This document shows positions 38,346 to 45,711 of a DNA stretch of 60,456 nucleotides, piece after piece (the first letter of the stretch is position 1; each line of letters opens with the position of its first letter). The translations under genes and the position numbers were made by a program. The notes under the pieces were generated by a model. That model saw only the letters and a list, made by a program, of their open reading frames with translations, searched no databases and was not told the DNA's origin. Source of the stretch: Candidatus Peregrinibacteria bacterium (GTDB lineage: Bacteria > Patescibacteriota > Gracilibacteria > Peribacterales > Peribacteraceae); assembly GCA_016178535.1 (NCBI GenBank), contig JACOTD010000078.1, positions 1 to 60,456 of the forward strand, read 5' to 3'.

Positions 38346-39991
38346 TGATGTCACCTCTCACACTGCGTCGGTTGGAGTCGAACACCCGCCTCATCGCGAA
38401 TCCGTCGCGCCAGACGATGATCGACGATGTGATGAACGCCCGTGAAGCGATTGTCACAAAAACGGGAGCGCTCGCCGCATGGTTCCCCTCAACCGACACC
38501 GGTCGCATCCCCAAAGACACGTACATCGTGAAGCACGGACCGAGCGTCGAAGCCGTCGACTGGACATCTCCGAATGCGCATCCGATGACGCCGGAGATGT
38601 TCGATTGTCTGTTCGATCAAGCACTGGAGATTCTCTCTGCCAAGCGGAAACTCTACGTCCTCGACCGCAGCGTTGGGGCGCAGGAGCAGTACGCGTTGCC
38701 GCTGAAAGTGATGACGGACAGTCCGCTGACGTCGCTCTTCGCCGACACGATGTTTCGGCCATGCTTCGACAGGGCTCAGCATGACAGTTCCAAGAGCGTC
38801 TTCGCCGATCAACCGTTCACGCTCCTCGTGCTTCCGCACGATCCTCTTCGCACGGAAAACTTCGAAGGAGAACTCCGTATCGAGCATGGAGCCATCGTTC
38901 CTCGTGTCGTCGCGATGGACATGGAGCGGCGAATGGGGATCGTGCTGGGGACGAAGTACCTCGGCGCCGTCAAGAAAACGCTCTTCACCGCGATGAATCA
39001 TCTCTTGCCCGATCACGGCGTGCTTCCGCTCCACTGCTCTGCGGTCTCGGACAACTGCGGGGAGACCCATCTCTTCCTCGGGCTCTCGGGGACGGGCAAG
39101 ACGACGCTTTCGACCGCAGCGAATCTCTCGCTCATCGGCGATGACGAGCATCTGTGGTCGAGTGACGGCATCGCGAACATCGAGAACGGCTGCTACGCCA
39201 AGCTCATCCGCTTGAGCACAGAGAAGGAGCCGCAGATTTACGAAGCGGCCTTCGGATCACGCTCGAATGTCACCAATGGCGTCATCATCGAGAATACGAT
39301 GGTCTACCCCGATGGCAGCGTCGACTTGGACGACGATCGTCTTACAGAAAACTCCCGCGCGGCCTACCCGCTCTCGTTCCTCGAGAACACCGTTCCTTCC
39401 GCAACCGGAAGCCATCCGCAAACGATCCTCTTCCTCACCGCCGATGCCGAAGGAGTCCTTCCGCCCATCAGCAAACTGACGCTCCATCAGGCGCTGCTGT
39501 GGTTCCTCATGGGCTACACGAGCAAGCTCGCGGGAACCGAGACGGGCGTGATCGAACCGCAGCCGAACTTCTCCCGCTTCTTCGGCGCGCCGTTCATGCT
39601 CAGGAGACCGCACGACTATCTCGATCTCTTCCAGAAGTTCGTCACCGCGCATGGAAGCGATATCTATTTGGTCAATACTGGGTGGGCGGGAGGCCCGTAC
39701 GGAGTCGGGAAGAGGATGGATATTTCTCTGACGCGCTCGCTCGTCACCTCCGCTCTCACGGGCGCGCTCGAGAGCGTTCCGTACCGTGAAGACCGCCGCT
39801 TCCATCTCTTCGTCCCGGAGAGTTGTCCGGGCATCGATCCGATGCTCCTGAATCCAGAACGTCAGTGGAGCGATCGTGATGCATACGCCAGGAGGGCCGA
39901 CGCGCTCGCGGCAAAATTCGCGGCGACCTTCGAGAAGAATTTCGGCGGAACCGTCGCGGAAGAAATCGCGAGGGAATGTCCTGGGAGATAA
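38345..39991 (+). CDS. pckA: Phosphoenolpyruvate carboxykinase (ATP)
   Basis: The kinase-1a P-loop is FLGLSGTGKTTLS, followed by LIGDDEHLWS, and the ATP-type PEPCK C-terminal NTGWAGGPYGVGKRM. The ATG at 38345 overlaps the aminotransferase stop (TGATG). Confidence 0.92.
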   Translation: MMSPLTLRRLESNTRLIANPSRQTMIDDVMNAREAIVTKTGALAAWFPSTDTGRIPKDTYIVKHGPSVEAVDWTSPNAHPMTPEMFDCLFDQALEILSAKRKLYVLDRSVGAQEQYALPLKVMTDSPLTSLFADTMFRPCFDRAQHDSSKSVFADQPFTLLVLPHDPLRTENFEGELRIEHGAIVPRVVAMDMERRMGIVLGTKYLGAVKKTLFTAMNHLLPDHGVLPLHCSAVSDNCGETHLFLGLSGTGKTTLSTAANLSLIGDDEHLWSSDGIANIENGCYAKLIRLSTEKEPQIYEAAFGSRSNVTNGVIIENTMVYPDGSVDLDDDRLTENSRAAYPLSFLENTVPSATGSHPQTILFLTADAEGVLPPISKLTLHQALLWFLMGYTSKLAGTETGVIEPQPNFSRFFGAPFMLRRPHDYLDLFQKFVTAHGSDIYLVNTGWAGGPYGVGKRMDISLTRSLVTSALTGALESVPYREDRRFHLFVPESCPGIDPMLLNPERQWSDRDAYARRADALAAKFAATFEKNFGGTVAEEIARECPGR

Positions 39992-40039
39992 ACGATGCTT
40001 GCTGCTTTCAAAATGCGTCAATATCCCTACAATTGACCT

Positions 40040-41539
40040 ATGCGCGATATTTTCGATCACGAACGGCTCAGTCCTGCCGTTTCTGGATTGTTGCCAAGCA
40101 TGAATCCTTGGTGGGAAGGAAAGCCAGCCAAGCCGCAACCGCCCTTTCATCGATGGGCGTTTTCCATCACGAAGAAGAAACTCGATTCCGACCTCGCGCC
40201 GATCGTTGTGATACGCGGACCGAGGCAGGTGGGGAAAACCACCCTTCAAATGCAGCTCATCGAACACTACATCAAGGACAGAGGCATCGATCCTTCGCGC
40301 ATACTTCGTGTGCAATTCGACGACCTTCCCTCGTTGAGAGAATTGGCAGATCCCATACTGTCCATTGGTCGTTGGTTTGAAAGTCGCGTGTTGAAGCGAA
40401 CATTCAATCAGGCCGCCACAGACGGACAGCCAGCTTTCCTGTTCTTCGATGAAATACAGAACATCGCCGATTGGGCGATTCAGCTTAAATCTCTTGTCGA
40501 TACTCATCGCGTAAAAGTTCTGGTTACCGGCAGTTCGGCGCTACGAATGACCGCTGGAAAGGACAGCTTGGCAGGTCGCATTGCACAAGTGGATCTCGGC
40601 ACGTTGCTTCTGCGGGAAATCGCCGGCATTCGCTACGGGGAAACCATTGAGCCGCACTTGCCCCATAATGGACTTGATCCTTTACTCCTTCCAGATTTCT
40701 GGCGATCGTTGCAGCAGTATGGACTCAAGAATCGGGAAATCCGCGACCGCGCCTTCAGTGCTTTTTCGGCGAGAGGAGGCTATCCCATCGCTCATGTTCG
40801 CGAAGAGACACCATGGCCGGAAATCGCCGAGCAACTCAATGAGAACGTCGTGAAGCGCGCCATTCAGCACGATCTTCGGATCGGGGAGCGCGGCAAACGG
40901 AGAAACCAGGGGCTGCTCGAGGAGGTTTTCCTGCTCGCCTCCCGATACGTCGGCCAATCGCCCGGGCAGGCCGTATTCGTTCAGGAGGTGCGCAGCGCGC
41001 TTCGAGCAAGTGTGAGCTGGGACAAAATCCGGAATTATCTGAAATTCCTGGATTCCGCTCTTCTCTTGAAGCTCATCGAACCCTTGGAGCTTCGACTGAA
41101 GAAGAAAAAGGGGAATTATAAACTCTGCATCTGCGATCACGGGCTCCGAGCCAGCTGGCTGCGCGAAGTGGTTCCCCTCGATCCCGTCGCATTGCAACGC
41201 CTGAGTCATCTGAGCGATCTCGCGGGACATATTGCAGAGAGCGTCGTGGGGTATTTTCTCGCGGGTTTGCCCAACATGAGTATCAACCATTTCCCCGAAC
41301 GAGACATTGAGCCGGAAATCGACTTTATCCTCACCGTCGGCGCGCATCGCATTCCCGTCGAAGTGAAGTATCGGCAACGCATCGATCCCCACAGAGACAC
41401 CTTGGGGCTGCGGGCCTTTCTCGAGAAGACCGTGTACAACGCTCCGTTCGGCATTCTTGTGACCCTCGATGATACCATTGAAATTCCCGATGCTCGGATC
41501 ATCCCCATCTCCTTGCGGTCATTGTTGCTTCTGCGTTGA
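40040..41539 (+). CDS. COG1373-type AAA+ ATPase (AAA_14 plus a DUF4143-like C-terminal domain)
   Basis: NPWWEGKP...IVVIRGPRQVGKTTLQMQLI (Walker A) and AFLFFDEIQNIADW (Walker B). The C-terminal region with IAESVVGYFL...EIDFILT...IPVEVKY is typical of DUF4143 PD-(D/E)xK-like ends. Confidence 0.8.
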   Translation: MRDIFDHERLSPAVSGLLPSMNPWWEGKPAKPQPPFHRWAFSITKKKLDSDLAPIVVIRGPRQVGKTTLQMQLIEHYIKDRGIDPSRILRVQFDDLPSLRELADPILSIGRWFESRVLKRTFNQAATDGQPAFLFFDEIQNIADWAIQLKSLVDTHRVKVLVTGSSALRMTAGKDSLAGRIAQVDLGTLLLREIAGIRYGETIEPHLPHNGLDPLLLPDFWRSLQQYGLKNREIRDRAFSAFSARGGYPIAHVREETPWPEIAEQLNENVVKRAIQHDLRIGERGKRRNQGLLEEVFLLASRYVGQSPGQAVFVQEVRSALRASVSWDKIRNYLKFLDSALLLKLIEPLELRLKKKKGNYKLCICDHGLRASWLREVVPLDPVALQRLSHLSDLAGHIAESVVGYFLAGLPNMSINHFPERDIEPEIDFILTVGAHRIPVEVKYRQRIDPHRDTLGLRAFLEKTVYNAPFGILVTLDDTIEIPDARIIPISLRSLLLLR

Positions 41540-41560
41540 AATTCAGCCTAGCTTCTCTCG

Positions 41561-41637
41561 AAATCCGCGGCGACCTTCGAGAAGAATTTCGGCGGAACCG
41601 TCGCGGAAGAAATCGCGAGGGAATGTCTGGGGAGGTA
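41561..41637 (+). repeat. Relic second copy of the pckA 3' end (~77 nt)
   Basis: aaatccgcggcgaccttcgagaagaatttcggcggaaccgtcgcggaagaaatcgcgagggaatgtctggggaggtag is near-identical to pckA 39914-39991 (aaattcgcggcgaccttcgagaag...gagggaatgtcctgggagataa). Confidence 0.9.
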
Positions 41638-41648
41638 GGAGATCAACT

Positions 41649-44048
41649 TTACCTTTGAGGATTGGAATTGCTATCCACAGACATACGTCGTTCTTCCGTG
41701 GGATACAATTTTTTCAGCACCAATCCCCATGCCTGATGTTGTCGTTCGGATTGGGATGCCACTCGGATTTGTTCAAGGCGTGAACGCAATTCATTCACAA
41801 GTCTGCGCACGTAAGTGTCTCCGCATTCCACCGTATCAAGCCATCGCCAGGCAATTTCACCGGACAGAATTTTTCTCATGTCTGGCATGGTTACTTCCCA
41901 TGGCTGTTTGCCAAGTTTTCCTGCAACGCCTTCGATGTCGGTACGGAAATCTGCAATTGCCTGAGGATCATCCAATAGAGATTCTTCTGAACGAATCACA
42001 CCTGTTCTATGGGTACTTCTCTGTTCTTCGATAAGGGTGCGTATCGCGCGTTCGAATTGCTCTTCGCTTTCCCAGTGGAGACGCCTGCAATTGAACATCG
42101 TACGCATATTCTTGCTATTCACTCTTCCTACGTATTCGTCAGTTCCTCTTGGTTGTCGCGTGAAGAACGCTGCCATGTACGAGTCATCGTTGAGAATGAA
42201 TTGCAGGGAAAGCTGAGGCAGAGTCACCACGATGTGGTGCCCGTGATGAATGGTAGAATAATCGCGTTGCTGCGTATCAGTTGTATCTGCTCCATCCGTG
42301 TCCCACGCGAATTCTGCGCTTTCACGCTGCTGCAGCAGTACTTTGTGAAGACAGGCAAGTCGAGGCATTGATGTTCTCCTTCCCCCAGGTGTTCCTTCTT
42401 GTGCGTGATCGCTACCATCGCCATCCACCGCATCTGTTTGTCGTTCTCGCGAAAGATATATTCCCTCAACATCATTCGAGTGCAGCAGCCGAGACTCCAG
42501 TGTCCGTAAAGAAGGTACACTCATTGCCGACCACTGATCTTTATCAGCTGCGTTGATGCCCGCGATGAGAAATGTCGCGCTAATGTTGTTCGAGTCTTCA
42601 TCAACGGCGCCGGGCAATTGTGGTTTAGTCGTCGAACCTGGATACAGAATATGGACGAAATCTTGAAATTCGACGAATATGCATGAACGAAGCAACTCCT
42701 CTTGCTCCTTCCATTGAGGACAAAGTATTTCGAGCATTCTCTGCATACGACCTGCAAGTCGCGGCAAATTCTCCTTGATCGCAATTGTTTTCTCCAGAAT
42801 TGGAGATGGAAAGGAGAGAGGCGGAATCCAATTTTTATTGCCTGTCATTTGAACATCATCTGGGGATGCAGTGATACCATTTCCGTTATCTGATCTTATA
42901 AGCGACAAAGTACGTTCTTTCGTCTCAGAGAAGCGGACTCCATTGTCACTATCCTTCCAACCATAAGTACCAATGAGATGAGGCAGATTTCTTTTGGCTC
43001 GAATTGACGGCAGATACCCATGGGGAAATCTTGAAAGTATTCCATGTGCAATCTCTACGTTTGCGCATTCTTGTTCAAAATTGTTGAAAGTATCACGTAC
43101 AGCGCCAATTGCATTGCCATAATGCGATGACGATTGCCCAAATTGATGCATTTCTCCATCATTGAGCGGGTCTTTCGCGTGCTTGGGCCGCCGCATTTCC
43201 CAATTTTGATTTTGCGTTTGCAAAAGACGGCGAAACGCTGCTTGTTTCTCTGCGGGGGGAATTGGAAGTTTGCCAAATGCATGGCGCAACATCGATGTCA
43301 AAAATACTACCGAAAAAATTCTTGGATCAATAGTACCAGGTTCAATGATGTCAATGATTTTCTCCATGCATCGAATGCTTATGGCAATAAGCGCCGTGAG
43401 AAATTCTTCTGGAGACAAACTCGGCATTACCGTTCCAATTTCCATTGCGATTGACTCACTGATTTCCTTAGTAAGATCATGCAGTGTTGCCCGTGTTATC
43501 CCTACGCCCATTCGCACACTCTCTCCATTTTCCGTTGTTGTTACCCTTATTCCTTGATAGATCTGATTGATGGTCTCGCATCGTATTGCTATTGCTGGGT
43601 CCAGAACATCCATGATCGGAGCAATTCTCAATCGATCATTCATGAGCTGAGTCTTGGTATCGTCGCGCAATTTTTGAAGACTGATTCTTTCAGTATGATC
43701 ATCCATCATCAAATTTGCTACCATGAGCGGGTAGAGAGCCTTTTCTCTCAGTCTTTCCGAGGATTCTACGGATCTGGTTGGAACAGTTGGATCATCAGTT
43801 GTCTCTGAATCATTTGATATCGCAACTTGTGGGTTCAGCACATTACCAACTTCATGCCGTGCGGTTAAGCGCTCCCGCTCCAATCGTTGACCCAATTCCT
43901 CTTCAATTGCTCGCAGCAAAGTCTCTTCGTCGGGAGCCAGCGTCTTGCCTTTACGAACACGCCGAGGATCATCTCGTTTGCCTTCCAGTTGTTCTTTTTT
44001 ACGTCGCAATAAAGTTGTCTCTGACGAGGCTATTTGGTCTAGTTTCAT
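41649..44048 (-). CDS. Hypothetical protein, 799 aa, AT-richer foreign composition, no recognisable domain
   Basis: Clean 2.4-kb ORF with an ATG at 44048. Codon usage is visibly A/T3-rich, unlike the flanking genes. No TM or signal peptide is present. The N-terminus is charged and coiled-coil-like (KKEQLEGKRDDPRRVRKGK...EEELGQRLERERL). Confidence 0.7.
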   Translation of the reverse strand: MKLDQIASSETTLLRRKKEQLEGKRDDPRRVRKGKTLAPDEETLLRAIEEELGQRLERERLTARHEVGNVLNPQVAISNDSETTDDPTVPTRSVESSERLREKALYPLMVANLMMDDHTERISLQKLRDDTKTQLMNDRLRIAPIMDVLDPAIAIRCETINQIYQGIRVTTTENGESVRMGVGITRATLHDLTKEISESIAMEIGTVMPSLSPEEFLTALIAISIRCMEKIIDIIEPGTIDPRIFSVVFLTSMLRHAFGKLPIPPAEKQAAFRRLLQTQNQNWEMRRPKHAKDPLNDGEMHQFGQSSSHYGNAIGAVRDTFNNFEQECANVEIAHGILSRFPHGYLPSIRAKRNLPHLIGTYGWKDSDNGVRFSETKERTLSLIRSDNGNGITASPDDVQMTGNKNWIPPLSFPSPILEKTIAIKENLPRLAGRMQRMLEILCPQWKEQEELLRSCIFVEFQDFVHILYPGSTTKPQLPGAVDEDSNNISATFLIAGINAADKDQWSAMSVPSLRTLESRLLHSNDVEGIYLSRERQTDAVDGDGSDHAQEGTPGGRRTSMPRLACLHKVLLQQRESAEFAWDTDGADTTDTQQRDYSTIHHGHHIVVTLPQLSLQFILNDDSYMAAFFTRQPRGTDEYVGRVNSKNMRTMFNCRRLHWESEEQFERAIRTLIEEQRSTHRTGVIRSEESLLDDPQAIADFRTDIEGVAGKLGKQPWEVTMPDMRKILSGEIAWRWLDTVECGDTYVRRLVNELRSRLEQIRVASQSERQHQAWGLVLKKLYPTEERRMSVDSNSNPQR

Positions 44049-44054
44049 ATTGAT

Positions 44055-44083
44055 ATATTAATCTATAAATTCTTTAGAGTCAA
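44055..44083 (-). promoter_or_regulatory. Sigma-70-like promoter for the 799-aa gene (candidate leaderless transcript)
   Basis: On the minus strand: TTGACT (44083-44078), a 17-nt spacer, TAATAT (44060-44055), then atcaat and the ATG at 44048. No Shine-Dalgarno sequence fits in the 6 nt between. Confidence 0.4.
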
Positions 44084-44116
44084 CAAAGGCTTTTTGCCTT
44101 CCTTAAGCACTCTTTA

Positions 44117-44236
44117 ACCCCGGCACCTTCTGCTTCAGAAGCTCCACGACGGCGTCCAAATCTTCATTCACCATGATGTGATCGAAGAGATCCTTTCGCT
44201 CGGAAAAGAAGTCGAGGTCTTTCTCCCATTCTTCTG
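44117..44236 (-). repeat. Relic second copy (~120 nt) of the 3' end of the DUF35-GK gene
   Basis: aaccccggcaccttctgcttcagaagctccacgacggcgtccaaatcttcattcaccatgatgtgatcgaagagatcctttcgctcggaaaagaagtcgaggtctttctcccattcttc versus 44770-44890. About eight differences were counted by eye, including a 1-nt gap. Confidence 0.9.
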
Positions 44237-44325
44237 GACGAGTTTTTTGCGGGTTCCTGATTGACATGCACTAAAAGCTTGCATAGAATTGTCTCATTAG
44301 TGGCTTCGGCCTCCGAGGACTCCGC

Positions 44326-44730
44326 TCACGCGGGGTCCGATTTTATATACGAGGCGATGCATGCACGAACGGAAGTGAATTCTTTGGTGGAGATCATGCC
44401 GATTTTTCGAAGGAGCCGTTTACTGCTGATCGTTCGGAGTTGCGACAAGCAAGCGAATGAAACTCCCCGATCATGAGCAATCCGATGATAGTGCTTGCCG
44501 AATCGTTTCTTCGATGTGAGTGGGATAACCCACAGCATGTATCCGTTGAATTTTTTCACAATGAGAACGGGGCGCTCAAAGTGATCGTTCTTCCCGTCAC
44601 TCTCCACTCCCACATTGATCCCAATTGAGCACCACCACACTTCTCGTTCATGAAAAAATACCGTCCGCTTGTCTTCCTGGGCGTCGAGCTTCTTTTTCAT
44701 GCTGTTCCATTGATCGAAGAGTTTTTGCAT
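44326..44730 (-). CDS. PemK/MazF-like toxin, solitary (no adjacent antitoxin ORF)
   Basis: 134 aa: WNSMKKKLDAQEDKRTVFFHEREVWWCSIGINVGVESDGKNDHFERPVLIVKKFNGYMLWVIPLTSKK. This matches the long-form PemK/MazF pattern (..WW...G.N.G.E.dGk...f.RPvlI..kf). It is AT-richer than the host genes. Confidence 0.7.
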   Translation of the reverse strand: MQKLFDQWNSMKKKLDAQEDKRTVFFHEREVWWCSIGINVGVESDGKNDHFERPVLIVKKFNGYMLWVIPLTSKKRFGKHYHRIAHDRGVSFACLSQLRTISSKRLLRKIGMISTKEFTSVRACIASYIKSDPA

Positions 44731-44757
44731 ATCGGCTCACGGCATGAATCTTCAGTG

Positions 44758-45711
44758 TCACGCCCCCCTCAATCCCGGCACCTTCTGCTTCAGAAGCTCC
44801 ACGACGGCGTCCACGTCTTCATTCACCATGATGTGATCGAAGAGGTCTTTGCGCTCGGAAAAGAAGTCGAGGTCCTTCTCCGCATTCTTCAGGCGGTCGG
44901 CGATGTGCTCTTCGGTGTCGCGGCCTCTTGTTCGGAGTCTGTGCAATAAATGACTCAGCATCGCCCGCTTGCTGTTGCCGGGCGGGAGGAGGCCGCAGGA
45001 GAGGATGGAGCGGCGGCCGTACTGTTCGGCGAGGCCTTGGAGCAAGTGCATCTCGGTGATGACGACGGGAATTTTCCCCGCCTTCCAAATGCGCTCGATG
45101 TCCTGCGCGCGGTAGCCGTACAGACGGTCTTCGGATGAGGAAGGGATCTGCGTGCTCGCGATGATCTCGCCTCGGCTCTGGAGTTCAGCGAAGGTTTTCT
45201 TGGCAATGTAGCGATACTCGCCGTCGTCTCCCGCTTTCTTCCTGCGCGTCGTGTGGATCGGCACGTTCTCGAGGTAGCTGGAACACATCTGAACGAGGAG
45301 GCGGCTGATGGTGGATTTTCCCACGCCCGAGGGGCCAGTCAGTGCAAGAATGTATCCAGGGAAGTTCGGCACTTCCTTCGAAACGGGCAGACGTTGTTTC
45401 GTTGTCTCGTTGTGTTGTTGCTTGTCTTGCGATGCAGGTTCGAATGCGACGTCATACATTCGGAGCTTCTCTCCATTGATTCGAGAAAGTCTCATGCGGG
45501 GGAGAACGGCGTCACCAATCGAACAGGGGGCCGTGAGAGGCGCGAGAACGTTGGAGCCGTCTTCGAGCGCGATGAGGGCGATGCGCCGCGGGAATTTCCC
45601 AAAGGCTGCAGGCGGATGCAGGAGGGTCGTCACGGAGACGACGGTGCCGGGCTGCATCTTGCTCCCGCGCTGCTTGAGCGCACGGTGAAGGGAAGGCGAC
45701 GTGTCAGTCAT
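44758..45711 (-). CDS. Fusion protein: DUF35-type OB-fold domain (thiolase/HMG-CoA-synthase partner) plus a guanylate-kinase-like P-loop domain
   Basis: The N-terminal part GTVVSVTTLLHPPAAFGKFPRRIALIALEDGSNVLAPLTAPCSIGDAVLPRMRL fits the DUF35 OB fold, and no Zn-ribbon Cys pairs are present. The C-terminal part LTGPSGVGKSTISRLL...IHTTRRKKAGDDGEYRYI...LYGY...NEDVD fits a guanylate-kinase-like fold. The ATG at 45711 overlaps the thiolase stop by 8 nt. Confidence 0.75.
   Translation of the reverse strand: MTDTSPSLHRALKQRGSKMQPGTVVSVTTLLHPPAAFGKFPRRIALIALEDGSNVLAPLTAPCSIGDAVLPRMRLSRINGEKLRMYDVAFEPASQDKQQHNETTKQRLPVSKEVPNFPGYILALTGPSGVGKSTISRLLVQMCSSYLENVPIHTTRRKKAGDDGEYRYIAKKTFAELQSRGEIIASTQIPSSSEDRLYGYRAQDIERIWKAGKIPVVITEMHLLQGLAEQYGRRSILSCGLLPPGNSKRAMLSHLLHRLRTRGRDTEEHIADRLKNAEKDLDFFSERKDLFDHIMVNEDVDAVVELLKQKVPGLRGA

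Noticed and set aside
44117-44890. A DGR template/variable repeat pair; the same was considered for the pckA-end pair at 39914/41561.
   Set aside because: Mismatches between the copies are not restricted to adenines of one copy. One copy has an indel. No reverse transcriptase ORF (YxDD) is present in the window.
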